Positions 40,744-51,258 are shown, counted from the stretch's first letter. The stretch: DNA of 64,000 bases from Dehalococcoidia bacterium (GCA_963662615.2 CAXXSR010000001.1:1943984-2007983), one strand, 5' to 3'. The notes: generated by a model from the letters alone, not told the origin. A program made the numbers and translations.

Positions 40744-41187
40744 CACGAGCGGCGGCGGCGGCTGATGGACCGGACGTGCGTCAAGATGGGCGTGAAGGGG
40801 CATCGACACGCCTCTTTGTGCTGACGCAAATCGACAGCGCGCCCGACGGCAACCGCGCCATCGGCGATGTGGGCGGGAAGACCAGCGGGCATCACACAGG
40901 CCTGCCTGCCGTCCACGGCCGTGACGACTTGGAGCGCGTCCTGGGAATGCGCTCTCGGTCCGAGTCACGCGCGCCAGCGCACGGCCGCTGCCGGCGCTCT
41001 CCGGCGGCGCATCCCGGAGCTTGAGAAGCCGCCCGGCGCCCGCCACGAGGACGCGCGCCGGACGGCCTGTTGATGCAACTGGTGCGCAGCCAAAAGGACC
41101 GTCTCGCCCTTCACTTCCTGCTGCGTCACCCCCCGGGTGTTCACAGCCGCGTTCACAGCTGCACACCTCCGCCGCCAATTCGGGGCC

Positions 41188-42720
41188 TCAGCCCGTGATG
41201 ATGGCTCCCTCAGCGGTGTACTCCACGCCCAGCGCGTCCGGCCCGTACTCCTCTTGGCTGAAGTGCGAGCAGGTGATCTCGCCACCGCCGACCAGGCAGG
41301 TGTCGTAGCCGTGCGAAGAGCGGTGGTACTCGTCGAAGCTGAGCGGCCCCAGCACCCCGAGGTACTCCACCTTTTCCAGCTCGTCGGCGATGGCGGTGGT
41401 GTCGTCTATCGTGCCCGCCGCCTGCATCGACTTGACCAGCATGAAGACGAAATCGTGTGTCCACAGCGTGGCGTCGATGACGACGGGGAACGGGTCACAA
41501 ATGGGGCTGCCACACTCCAGCTCGTTCACGGCTTCGTAGTAATCCGCCGCCCGCGCCGGGTCGTAACCGCCCGGCACGGCCCGGCAGACGTTGAGGCAGG
41601 CGAGCGCGACCGGCACCTCGTTGTCAAGGCTGGCGTTCTCGATCCACCAGCCGGGGTCCGCGCCGAAGACCATGTAGCCCTTCGTCGCCACCTGCAGCTC
41701 GAGCGCCTGTGCGGCGATCAGGACCGAGTCTGTGGCGCGGTACCAGTTGTGCATGATGTCAGGATCTTGCGCCTTGATCCGCGTCAGAAACGGTGAGAAG
41801 TCGGTCGCCCCGGGGGGGTAGTAGACCACATCCCTGGTCTCCTGCCCCAAGGCCTCGAGGACGTCGTTGTAGAATTCGCCCAGGAACTTCCCGGACGGGT
41901 CGTCGGTGGCCAGGATCATCGACAGGTCGCCCGGCTCCGCACCCAGCAGATCCAAGACGCCCACGGCCGTGATGGTGCTGCGGACGTGCTCGGCCGGCTC
42001 CGTCTGGAAGAGCCAGTGCTTGTCGCCGCCGGAAGCCGCCGTCTCCGGCGTCAGGACCCCATCCGGCGAGCTGAGGATGCTCAGCGCCATCAGGTGCAAC
42101 ACCTCCGCCGGCTGAGTGATCTCCTGCGCCGCCAGCCCCGGGCCGTGCGGGTTCGGACCGAAGATCACCTTCACCTCCTCGTCCCGGACCAGCTCGGCCG
42201 TGGCGGTGACGGCCGTGTTGAGGTCGGAACGGTCGTCGCGCTCCACCAGCTCGATGGTGTAGAGCGTATCGCCAACGATGAAGCCGCCGCCCTCCTCGCA
42301 GATCCCCGCCGCCACGCAGCGGGCGTCGCCCTCGTTGAGCATCGCAGTCGCCACTCTGATCCCGCCAGACAAGGTCGACCCGGCCCAGGCCATGTCACCG
42401 GTGAACGAGTAAACCATGCCGATCCGCAACGTGCCCGTCTTCTGGACGACCGGCTCCGGCTCGGCGGCCGGCGCCGGCTCCGGCGCCGCGGCCGGCGCGG
42501 GCTCCGGCTCGGCGGCCGGCGCCGGCTCCGGCGCCGCGGCCGGCGCGGGCTCCACCTGGGCGGCCGGTGCGGGCTCCACCTGGGCGGCCGGCGCCGCCGC
42601 TGCGGCAGGCTGGCCGTCGTCGTCGTCGCCGCAGGCCGCGGCCAGCGCCAAGGCCAAGGCGACGAGCGCAAGGAGTGCGAAGGCCGATAGCCCCCGCACT
42701 CGCCGAAGTCGCCTCTTCAT
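41188..42720 (-). CDS. Orphan ABC substrate-binding lipoprotein (branched-chain amino acid type)
   Basis: Lipobox LAAAC, TLRIGMVYSFTG, IELVERDD, TDFSPFLTRIKA, YLGVLGPLSFDE. Confidence 0.88.
   Translation of the reverse strand: MKRRLRRVRGLSAFALLALVALALALAAACGDDDDGQPAAAAAPAAQVEPAPAAQVEPAPAAAPEPAPAAEPEPAPAAAPEPAPAAEPEPVVQKTGTLRIGMVYSFTGDMAWAGSTLSGGIRVATAMLNEGDARCVAAGICEEGGGFIVGDTLYTIELVERDDRSDLNTAVTATAELVRDEEVKVIFGPNPHGPGLAAQEITQPAEVLHLMALSILSSPDGVLTPETAASGGDKHWLFQTEPAEHVRSTITAVGVLDLLGAEPGDLSMILATDDPSGKFLGEFYNDVLEALGQETRDVVYYPPGATDFSPFLTRIKAQDPDIMHNWYRATDSVLIAAQALELQVATKGYMVFGADPGWWIENASLDNEVPVALACLNVCRAVPGGYDPARAADYYEAVNELECGSPICDPFPVVIDATLWTHDFVFMLVKSMQAAGTIDDTTAIADELEKVEYLGVLGPLSFDEYHRSSHGYDTCLVGGGEITCSHFSQEEYGPDALGVEYTAEGAIITG
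42448..42600 (-). repeat. Intragenic 24-bp tandem repeat encoding a Pro/Ala linker
   Basis: (PAAQVEPA/PAAAPEPA/PAAEPEPA) about 6 times. Confidence 0.8.
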
Positions 42721-43035
42721 GATCTGCCTCCTTCTCTTTTCTTCGCTGTCTGTCACTATTTGGCTAGGCGTCATCCCTCGCTCCGCGTCTGTGTCTATTC
42801 ACCCTCCTCCTTGATGCAGTTCTTGACCGGCCCTCTCACCGCTCCAGCAGGGGCCGGACCTCGCTGATCCTTGGCCTCGCTCTTTCGCGCGGTCGTGATC
42901 TCCAAGCAGACTACGCCGCTAGGCACAATCCCTGCGAGCATGTTCTGATTAACACAAAGCGGTCCACTTGGCAACCCGGTCGACCGGCGGCGCTGGATGC
43001 ATCCTCTGCCGGCCGTGAGGGGATCTGTCGGCCTA

Positions 43036-43081
43036 TCTCGGATTCTCTGTTGGACAGGTCTGTCCGACGGATAATCCGAGA
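43036..43081. repeat. Palindromic repeat family copy
   Basis: TCTCGGATTCTCTGTTGGACAGGTCTGTCCGACGGATAATCCGAGA. Confidence 0.75.
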
Positions 43082-43146
43082 CGCCGTTGGCCGAACCTGG
43101 CCTGCGCGCAAGCATCCGCACGCGATCGAATATTCGTGCTGCACAG

Positions 43147-43163
43147 GTTTTGGCACCCTACAG
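43147..43163 (+). mobile_element. Solo IS terminal inverted repeat remnant
   Basis: GTTTTGGCACCCTACAG resembles the ends of the IS at 60095-61222 and of the remnant ending at 57557. Confidence 0.45.
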
Positions 43164-43165
43164 GT

Positions 43166-44113
43166 TCAGGAACTGAGCAAGCGAGCGGCGGGACTGAACG
43201 CGGCGTGCGCATCCGCCGCCTTCGCGGCATCGTAGGTGGCGGAGTAACGACGCACCATCGCCGAGGTGGAGTGGCCGAGGAGGTACTGCACGTCGAGCTC
43301 CCGGGCGTGGTTCTCGATCGCCCAGGTGGCGAACGTGTGGCGGAAGCGGTGCGGATTGGCGTGCACGCCGGCCCGCTGGCCGAGCCGCGTGAAGAGAGTC
43401 CCCAGCAGGTACTTGTTCATCGGTCCGCGCGGTTTCTTGGGTCGCTCGATCGTGAGGAACAACGGCCCCTCGTCCTCCCCGCGGAAGCGGTCGATGTATT
43501 CGCCGAGCGCGGCCGCCGGCCCATCGCCGAACGGCACGATGCGCTGCTTGCGTCCCTTGCCGTGGCGGATGTGGATCCGCCGTTCCTCCCAGGACACATC
43601 ACCGAGGGTGAGCTGGTGCAACTCCGCCAGCCGCATGCCCGTGTCGAGAAAGAGCAAGATGATCGCCCGGTTGCGGCAGCCGTACTCCTCGGTCGGGTCG
43701 CAGACCGCGAGCAGCGCCTGGATCTCGGCCTCCGTCAGCGGCTGAATCTCCTTCTGCTCGACTTTCACGTTGGGGATTCCCGCGAAGGGGTGCCGCTCGC
43801 AGTAGCCCATGCGGATGCACCAGGAGAAGAACGCGCGGGTCTCGCGGAAGCGCCGGTGCCGGGTCCCCAGCGACACGCCCGAGTCGGCAATCACCTTGAG
43901 GAAGGCGTAGACGTGGGCCGGGCGGAAGTCGGTGACCTGCGCTGGCAGCCTCTGCTGCAGGCAGGTCCGGCGGAACATGGCCAAGGTCTTGGCGTAGGCG
44001 TCGACCGTGCGGGGGCTCTTCCCTTCCACCTCGCAGGCCGCGAGATAGGCCGCGATCGCCTCATCGAGGCCCATCCCATCGTCCGTGTAGCGCACCAGTT
44101 CCGCGACCATCAT
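43166..44113 (-). CDS. Tyrosine recombinase/integrase (copy 1)
   Basis: SAM-like N-terminus; TGMR, HGKGRKQR, HRFRHTFA, LLGHST, VRRY. Catalytic set intact; downstream of a tRNA-Lys fragment. Confidence 0.93.
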   Translation of the reverse strand: MMVAELVRYTDDGMGLDEAIAAYLAACEVEGKSPRTVDAYAKTLAMFRRTCLQQRLPAQVTDFRPAHVYAFLKVIADSGVSLGTRHRRFRETRAFFSWCIRMGYCERHPFAGIPNVKVEQKEIQPLTEAEIQALLAVCDPTEEYGCRNRAIILLFLDTGMRLAELHQLTLGDVSWEERRIHIRHGKGRKQRIVPFGDGPAAALGEYIDRFRGEDEGPLFLTIERPKKPRGPMNKYLLGTLFTRLGQRAGVHANPHRFRHTFATWAIENHARELDVQYLLGHSTSAMVRRYSATYDAAKAADAHAAFSPAARLLSS

Positions 44114-44249
44114 CGCCCCCTTTCGGCGTGTCCATGGACGCTCTGGTGCGGCACGAAGTCAAGCGAGATTGCGGAGCATCGGAGTTGCAGTCTGATGCTC
44201 TGGGCCCGAATTCGGCCCATGTGCGGAGTCGCCCTATTAAGAAGCGTGG

Positions 44250-44304
44250 TCGTGGGCCCTCAGGGATTCGAACCCTGGACCTTCGGATTAAAAGTCTGCT
44301 GCTC
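44250..44304 (-). repeat. tRNA-Lys(TTT) 3' fragment (att site), with degenerate 5' part
   Basis: GAGCAGCAGACTTTTAATCCGAAGGTCCAGGGTTCGAATCCCTGAGGGCCCACGA. No 5' acceptor strand; direct repeat of 53959-54003. Confidence 0.85.
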
Positions 44305-44544
44305 CGCTCACCGATCTGATCAGTTCCTCGCTGTCTGCTTCGGGCCACAATCCCGGTCGGCCAGTCGGCGGGCCCCCTGATACAGATCGACCCGTCGACC
44401 CGTTCCCCTCGCGCCCGCCGAGGCGGGCACGGACCTACTCATAATCGAGCCGCCAAGGACTCTGCCGGTAGATCCCGATCGGGCTGGCCAGGAGCGGCGC
44501 GTCGGCACAGCGTAATGCTTTGCCTCGCTGGAAAGCGCTGGGCT

Positions 44545-44900
44545 GTACGTCCTCCAGCACGTCGTCCACGTCGAGCGCCACCAACTCACTCACGCGGATG
44601 CCGGAGCCGAACAAGACGGCGAGAATGGCGCGGTCGCGCGCGTTGGTGGCCGCCGCGAGCATCCGGGCGATCTCAGGGTCGGACAAGATGGTGTAGCTTG
44701 TCTCTTCCCGCCCTTCGGCGTTCTCAGGGCGACGCTGACGCCCCCCTGAGGCAGTGGGTACGCCTCGACCATGCGGCCGAAGCGGAGGAAGCTCCTGAGC
44801 GCTGCGACCGCGACCTTCTAGCTGCTCGGGGCGAGCCCAGATTCCGTGACCCGCCGGCGCCACTCGGCGAGCGTCGCTCCGTCGATCACGCCGCACACCA
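44545..44900 (-). pseudogene. Degraded XerC/D-like tyrosine recombinase
   Basis: GLAPSS*KVAVAALRSFLRF...(frameshift)ILSDPEIARMLAA...RDRAILAVLFGSGIRVSELVALD. Truncated. Confidence 0.75.
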
Positions 44901-45146
44901 ACTTCGGCATGCTGGACCAGATCATCGCGACCAACGCCTCGGGGGCGCAGGCGGCAGTCCATCGCGTGCTCTGCCGCCCCATGTCGATGCCCCCACGCTG
45001 GTGCAGCAAGCCACCGACAGCGACTGGCGGGCGATTCACCGTCGGACCGGTCCGCTAGGACGCCTCGATCTCCGCGCTAGCGGCAGTGGCAGGCTCGTCG
45101 CCGGCTGGCGAGGAGTGTGGCGGACCGGTCCCTGACTCGGCGCGGT

Positions 45147-45707
45147 TCAGTCCGCGAGTTCGACGGAGACAGCAACGGGCTTGCTGACGACGTCGAACAC
45201 CGGCGAGTGCTCCTGGGCGAAGCGGCAGAGGTCTTCCAGCTGATCGCGTGGCGCGTCCGATTCGACGTGACAGGTGACGCGGATGTTGCTGAATCCGGGG
45301 CGCACACTCTCATCCAGGCCGAGGAAGCCCTGGAGGTCGAGGTCGCCTTCGAGGTCGAAGCCGAGTTTGTCAATCTTGATGCCGCGCGCGGCCGCGTTGT
45401 AGGACATGCCTACGGTGAGACACGAGGCCAGCGCGTGCAGCACCGCTTCGGTGGGGTTAGCGGCGCTGTTGCCCCCCAGCAGCACGTCGGGCTCGTCGGA
45501 GTCGAGGATGAAGGGCTTGGTACGGGACTTATCTTCCTGACCAACACCGTAGAAGTCCTGAATGGTGGTGCGGGTGTGGGCACCCGTCTGCCATTCACTC
45601 TTGGCCCTGAAATGGAATTTGGCGAGGTCCGGATTTTTCTTGACGGCGTCCACCGTCTCGAACAAGCGTGTGACGTTGACACCGTTCAGGGGTTGCTGGT
45701 CGGCCAC
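45147..45707 (-). CDS. OsmC-family protein
   Basis: LNGVNV, DEPDVLLG, NPTEAVLHALASCL, GDLDLQGFLG, VRPGF, SPVFD. AAGGAG RBS. Confidence 0.88.
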   Translation of the reverse strand: MADQQPLNGVNVTRLFETVDAVKKNPDLAKFHFRAKSEWQTGAHTRTTIQDFYGVGQEDKSRTKPFILDSDEPDVLLGGNSAANPTEAVLHALASCLTVGMSYNAAARGIKIDKLGFDLEGDLDLQGFLGLDESVRPGFSNIRVTCHVESDAPRDQLEDLCRFAQEHSPVFDVVSKPVAVSVELAD

Positions 45708-46209
45708 GCGATTCTCCTTCCGAGCTGCGGTTCCGTTGCGAGAGAGCGAAGGCTAGCAGAGCGCGTCCAGGCTGCCCACGTGAGGCGGGCGGGGGCGCTT
45801 GGATTGTGAGCCACCCATGAGGACAGTGTAGCGGCACGACCGGGCCAGAGAATTGCGAGTGAGCTTGCCAAGACTCGAAGGGTGGGGTTCAGCATAGACA
45901 GCCCGTTCCGAAGGATTACGGCGCATGATCGATTAGAGGGAGCAAGGGATGTCAGTTGGTGGTGGAGCCATCACGCGTGGGCCAGTCGCCTCCACCTGCG
46001 TCCCAGCCGCCAGCGATCTGGACCGTGCTCTCATACTTTCCCATAGCGTTCTCCCTCTACGCGAGCATCGACCGAACCACCGTGATGACGATCACGTCCG
46101 CAGAACGATGGGACGAGTAGCGCACTTCAGTTGGTGATTCGTCGTTGTCATTGGGGATGATGTAAGCATCGTCACCGACGGCTTCTCTCTCGTGTCCGAT
46201 CCTGGAGCC

Positions 46210-46446
46210 ATGGTCCCCGTCACGTTGGAGATACACATCGACGACCACTGCCAGAGCTGCGACCAGGCCGAGGCCCTGGCCGCCGAGGCGCGCGTCGCTC
46301 CGGCGTTCCGTACTGAATCAGACGGTTCTCCAGCACGTACGCGGGCACCGCCACAATCCCATCGGGTAGGGGTGTGCTGGGCCCCAAGCGATGGATAATC
46401 GCTCGCAAGGCTCCTCATGCGTGTGACTGGGGCAGACGCGCGATAA
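46210..46446. pseudogene. Thioredoxin-like CxxC protein split by an internal inversion
   Basis: Plus strand gives MVPVTLEIHIDDHCQSCDQAEALAAEAR. Minus strand 46408-46295 gives LRAIIHRL...PDGIVAVPAYVLENRLIQYGTPER. Confidence 0.55.
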
Positions 46447-46811
46447 AGAGTGGGCGGCGCAGTAGAGCCCCACCCGCGCCTTCACCTGGGGGGCGTCTCG
46501 CGCGGTGCGGGCGCGGGCCCGCCTGGATTCCGTCGCGGGAGGAACCGCGGCCGGCCAGCAGGAACAGGCCAGATCAACCACCCCACAGGGTCGACGCCAA
46601 CCTGTGCTGGCCCAAGACTCCATCCGATCAAAAGGGGCGCCGGCCGCGAGTCTGGGCATCGCGGTCCGCCGGGTCGATGACGTGACGGGCGACAGCCTCC
46701 ACGACATCTCGTTCGAGGAGGTCATCTGCGACGATGGCGGCTGCCGCACCATCGCGTACGTGCTCAGCAGCGAGGAGGACGGCTACCGCCGCGCGGGGGA
46801 AGGATTAGCGA

Positions 46812-47369
46812 ATGAATGAAGACCTCAAACCCGGCGACATCTTCTTCACGCGCGGGACGGCGCTTATCAGCCGACTGATCCGGTTCTTTACCCGCGGCCT
46901 CGGCGAGAAGCGGACCAGGATCAACCATGTCTGCATCGTCGTCGAAGACGGTTCGGCCGACTTGGCCGTCGTCGTTGAAGCGCTCCGCACCGTCCGCCAG
47001 CACCGACTCGCCAGGAGGTATGCGGACGGACGGACGCAGGTAGCTGTGTTTCGAGCAGCGAATCTCACGGACCAAGAGATCGCCACAATCGTCCGGGCCG
47101 CCCAGAGTTACGTCGGCCGCCGCTACGGGTACGTCAAAATCGTGGCCCATGGACTCGACTGGATCTTGCAGGGCGCGTACGTCTTCCGCCGCCTTACGCG
47201 CAATGACAACTATCCGATCTGCTCGTGGCTCGTGGCCCACGCGTACGCGAAGGCAGGAAAGGACTTCGGCGTCGAGCCGGGCGCCGCAACCCCCGACGAC
47301 ATCTGGGATTTCGCCGAGGCGAACCCGGACAAGTACGTGCAGGTTCGGCCGCTCGGCATCCTTCATTAG
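46812..47369 (+). CDS. YiiX/YebB-like permuted papain-fold (NlpC/P60) amidase
   Basis: LKPGDIFF, INHVCIV, VVEA, YVGRRY, ICSWLVAHAY, TPDDI (His before Cys, the permuted order). Confidence 0.8.
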   Translation: MNEDLKPGDIFFTRGTALISRLIRFFTRGLGEKRTRINHVCIVVEDGSADLAVVVEALRTVRQHRLARRYADGRTQVAVFRAANLTDQEIATIVRAAQSYVGRRYGYVKIVAHGLDWILQGAYVFRRLTRNDNYPICSWLVAHAYAKAGKDFGVEPGAATPDDIWDFAEANPDKYVQVRPLGILH

Positions 47370-47425
47370 CACTATTCGACAGCGCCCAGAGGCCGGGGTT
47401 GCAGGTCGCCTGAAAACCATGCCGT

Positions 47426-47488
47426 ATTGGATCTCGGACAGTCCTGTTCTCGACGCGGTGCAGAACACTGCTGACCGAGATAGAGTTC
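47426..47488. repeat. Long-form palindromic repeat copy
   Basis: ATTGGATCTCGGACAGTCCTGTTCT...AGAACACTGCTGACCGAGATAGAGTTC. Confidence 0.7.
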
Positions 47489-47669
47489 GCCATTGGAGAG
47501 CGGCGTGCATCTGCTTCCCGTGGCGGAACATCCACCCTTCGAGATTCGCGGCGTCGTAGCACAAGGCCCCCTTGCGAGTCATCCTAGAGCTAGCTCTCCT
47601 ACGGTTGATCGTGAAGATGGCCGCCGCGTTCGAGAACCTGCAGCAGACGCTACTGCCACCCTCTCGCCG

Positions 47670-48824
47670 CTACAGCTCCGCTCCGTAGATATCCGTCTCT
47701 GGATGGAATGCCGCCCACCCGTACCACTCCGTGAAGAACGACGTCACGAACGTCAACTGCACTCCCGCCAGCTCCCCCTCGAGGCCCAGCCCGCTCGGCG
47801 ACCATGGTGTCCCCGTCTCGACGTCATAGATCGCGCCATCCCGTCGCTCGAATGTCAACACCTGGCCGTCGCTCAGCGCCCGGTGATAGGCCAGCGACGG
47901 CGCCCCCTCCGCATCCTCCAGAATCACCACCGGCACACCGTCCACGTCGGCCTGCATCGGTGCGTCTCCCCTAGCCGCCAGCGGGAACGCCATCGCTTCC
48001 GATCCCGCCAGCACTCCGATCACCAATTCCCCCGCCAAGAGCCACTCATCCAACTCCCCCAACGTGTCCAGGAACGCCCCTCGGAGCGCGTCCCGCCCCA
48101 ACCGCACCTGCACGCGATACTGGTACCCGGTGTCGATGTCGATCACCGTCGTCGACGGGTGCGCCGCCAGCCAGGCCCCCCACGTCGTCATGTGCAAGGG
48201 CAGGATCGTCAGCTGCTCCCCCGCCAACGGCCCCGCCACCGCCAGCCCGTCGATGTGCCCCCAGGACGTTCCCGTGACATCGTCCACCATCTTGAACACG
48301 CCGTTGTAGAGGCCCGCCGCGCGGAACAGCAGCCGCTCCGTTCCGACGAGAGGGTCGAACCCGACCCCCGACGAGCAGGCAATTCAAAACGTGACGAGAT
48401 ACGGTTCCCCGCCGAGCACGTCGTTGGTGACATGGTGGAACGTCATCATGAAGACCGGGTAGGCTCGCGCGTCGCCGTTCTGAACCGCGCCCAAGACCAG
48501 CGTGTCGTCGCGCAGCCACGTCGCCGCCTCCGGCAACACGACGCGCGGGTCGTTGAGGGATGGGAAACGGCCGCCGCGCGACGCCGTCGGCGACGCCTCG
48601 GCCTGGACCGTCCCCGCCGCCGACGGCGGCACCGGCGCCCCCGTCACGACGGCGACTGCCCCACCTGCCGCGGCCGCTCCGTCATCCGCCGCTCCCTCAG
48701 CAGAAGCCTGGTCCCGCGCAGGCGCGCCCGCGCCCGGCTCATCACTCCCGCCGCAGGCCGCCGCCACCGCCAGCAGTGGCAGCACGAGGAACCACAGGGC
48801 TTGGGCTCGGCGACGGCTCGTCAT
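47670..48824 (-). CDS. DUF3179-domain lipoprotein, probable selenoprotein (UGA at 48384-48386)
   Basis: Two in-frame ORFs join across the TGA: ARAYP...HHVTNDVLGGEPYLVTF-U-IAC-SSG...GLYNG...MTTWGAWLAAHP...WYGWAAFHPET. Lipobox AAAC. Confidence 0.85.
48350..48369 (-). promoter_or_regulatory. Bacterial SECIS-like stem-loop
   Basis: GGGGGUCG-GGUU-CGACCCUC. The apical loop starts 22 nt after the UGA and begins with G. Confidence 0.6.
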
Positions 48825-48893
48825 GGCCCCCACGTTAGGCGCTCTGTAGCACGAACAAGTAAATCCCCCGTAAGGATTCAGTAAACATCCGCT

Positions 48894-49107
48894 GCCGGAT
48901 AGTGCTCCGCGTGGAGGACAGGACAGTCCGACATCGAGTTCGATACGCGGCCCGAAGTGATCTCCGCGCCCGAGGCCGCCGATACGCCGGATCCTGATTC
49001 TTTGTCGGGTAGATCTGTCCGACTTAGAGTCGGACCTTTAGCACGGCCATTCCCGAGATGACGAGAATCGATGTCTATCTTGGACAGGTCTGTCCAGCAT
49101 AGAGTTC
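48894..49107. repeat. Cluster of 3 palindromic repeat copies
   Basis: Copies at ~48894-48942, 48996-49033 and 49073-49107. Confidence 0.78.
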
Positions 49108-49485
49108 GAGTCAAGGTACCGGCGTGGATGTGAATGCCCCCGGTGGCGCCGCAGGTGTGCCGGTAGACCGAACAGGGCCGAGGTCGTCGCTTCGTGCATC
49201 CCGCGGGACCGTTTAGCAAGGCGTTGACGGCGTGCGGGACGCCAACCTCATCGGGGGAGTGCGAAGGGATCCAACATCAACGGCCGCACCAGTCAGCGCC
49301 GCGCACCCACCCGCGCCGAGTACACCAGTACCGCCAGTCCTAACGCCAGCAATATCGCTCCCGGAGCCTCCGACACCGCCAACAGCACCGGGAGAGCGTT
49401 ACTATCCACGCGAGAAAGAACGCGGACCGCGGCGGCCGCCGTGGCGTGATCGCCTATTCTCGCTGATCAGATGAAGGGGGAGACC

Positions 49486-51024
49486 ATGACCGCCCACTAC
49501 GACTACGTTATCGTCGGCGCCGGCTCGTCCGGCGCCGTCCTCGCGGCGCGCCTCTCAGAAGACCCGGCGACCAGCGTCCTGCTGCTCGAAGCCGGGCCGG
49601 ACTACCCGTCCATCGAGCAGATGCCGGAGGATCTCCTCAACGCCTACTGGGTCTCCCTGCGGGACCATGATTGGGGCTTCAAGGCGGAATCCGTCCCGGG
49701 CCGCGATATCGATTACGCCCGCGGCAAAGTCACGGGCGGATCTTCCGCGGTCAACGGCGCCGTCGCGATCCGGGGTGTTCCAGCCGACTACAACGAATGG
49801 GCCGCGCTGGGGAACGAGGGATGGGAGTGGGAGAACTGCCTCCCGTACTTCAACAAGCTCGAAGACGACCAGGACCAGGGCGGCGACTACCACGGCAAAG
49901 GAGGCCCGATCCCCGTGCGCCGCTGGAAGCCGAACGAGCTCACTCGGCTCCAACAGGCCTTTCGCCAGGCATGCATCGACCAGGGTTACCCATTCCACGA
50001 AGACTTCAACGACCCGGACTCCACGGGCATCAGTCCGATCGCCCAGAACCGCGAGGGGCGCACGCGAATCTCCACGGCCATCGGCTACCTAACCGCGGCG
50101 CGGCCGCGACTCAACCTCACCATCCGGGGGCACTGCCTCGCCAACCGCGTCCTCATTGAAGACGGACGCGCCGTGGGCCTGGAGGTCGAGTCCGGGGGCG
50201 AACTCCAGCGGGTCGATGCCGACAACGTCGTCCTCTCCGCGGGCACGCTCCAGTCGCCGCCGATCATGCTGCGCTCAGGGATCGGCTCCGCAGAGGATAT
50301 CGCGACGCTCGGCGTCGACCTCATCCACGAGCTTCCAGGGGTCGGCCACAACCTCATTGACCATTGCATGGCCTTCCTCTTCTGTGTCCCCAAGGAGGGC
50401 GTCTGCGACCTGGCCAACCCCTTCTTCCAGACGATGCTGCGCTACACCTCCGACGGCGGCGAAGCGAACGACATGCAGATGTACGCGTTCAACTATTGGG
50501 CCCTCACCGACCTGCCGGAGATGCGCGAGATCTTCGGGGTGGACCTCGCCTTTGCGATCGCCCCGAGCCTCCAGCGCCCCCACTCCCGCGGGCGACTGCA
50601 CGTTGAGAGCATCGACCTGCACGCCGCGCCGCGCATCGAACTCAACGGCTTAGACGATGCGTTCGATCGAGCCCGCATGCGCGAAGGGATGCGAATCGCC
50701 TGGGACATCGCGCACGCCCCGGACATCGCCAAGCACTGGGAGCGCATCGAGCTGCTCGACCAGGCCCTCATCGACGATGACGGCGCCCTCGACCGCTACA
50801 TATTCGACACGGCGTGGCAGAACTTGCACCCGGTGGGCACCGCCAAGATGGGGCCGCGCTCTGACCCGGAGGCGGTCGTAGACGCCCACGGGCGGGTCCA
50901 CGGCATCGACGGCCTCCGCGTCGTCGACGCCGCGATCATGCCCACCATCCCCCGCGCGAACACGAACCTGACATGCATCATGATCGGCGAACGCGTCGCG
51001 GACTGGATCAACGCGGGGGAGTAG
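49486..51024 (+). CDS. GMC-family FAD oxidoreductase (choline dehydrogenase-like)
   Basis: YDYVIVGAGSSG, RGKVTGGSSAVNG, SAGTLQSP...RSGIG, HPVGTAKMG, GLRVVDAAIMP, ANTN. Confidence 0.93.
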   Translation: MTAHYDYVIVGAGSSGAVLAARLSEDPATSVLLLEAGPDYPSIEQMPEDLLNAYWVSLRDHDWGFKAESVPGRDIDYARGKVTGGSSAVNGAVAIRGVPADYNEWAALGNEGWEWENCLPYFNKLEDDQDQGGDYHGKGGPIPVRRWKPNELTRLQQAFRQACIDQGYPFHEDFNDPDSTGISPIAQNREGRTRISTAIGYLTAARPRLNLTIRGHCLANRVLIEDGRAVGLEVESGGELQRVDADNVVLSAGTLQSPPIMLRSGIGSAEDIATLGVDLIHELPGVGHNLIDHCMAFLFCVPKEGVCDLANPFFQTMLRYTSDGGEANDMQMYAFNYWALTDLPEMREIFGVDLAFAIAPSLQRPHSRGRLHVESIDLHAAPRIELNGLDDAFDRARMREGMRIAWDIAHAPDIAKHWERIELLDQALIDDDGALDRYIFDTAWQNLHPVGTAKMGPRSDPEAVVDAHGRVHGIDGLRVVDAAIMPTIPRANTNLTCIMIGERVADWINAGE

Positions 51025-51258
51025 GAACGCGCCCAGGACGACTTCTTCGGTCTGCACGTCGCCCCCGTGCCTCGGATACGCAGAAACTCCTTTGGCCATG
51101 TGGCCCAGCCGCGGGGCGGTGTAGTTGCGCCGAGTGTCCATGTGCGGAGCTATCCTCCCCCGGATCGACGGAGGAAGGCCTCCAGCGGGATCAAATACGA
51201 AGGAGAGCGCCATGCGAACGAAGTCCGCGGTCTTTCGCGCCGCGAAGGAGCCGATCCG

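Noticed and set aside
41139-41159. GTTCACAGC direct repeat as an integrase arm site or left end of island 1
   Set aside because: No tRNA-Lys core sequence found nearby, so the left boundary of island 1 cannot be placed.
43166-44113. Integron integrase (IntI)
   Set aside because: No visible IntI-specific insertion before the HxxR motif. The position next to tRNA fragments fits an island integrase.
44250-44330. Functional tRNA-Lys gene
   Set aside because: No 5' acceptor strand complementary to GGGCCC, a mismatched anticodon stem, and CGA in place of CCA. Treated as an att remnant.
46505-46819. ORF overlapping the amidase start (ATGAATGA)
   Set aside because: It may be a real C-terminal fragment, but it has no recognisable domain or supported start.
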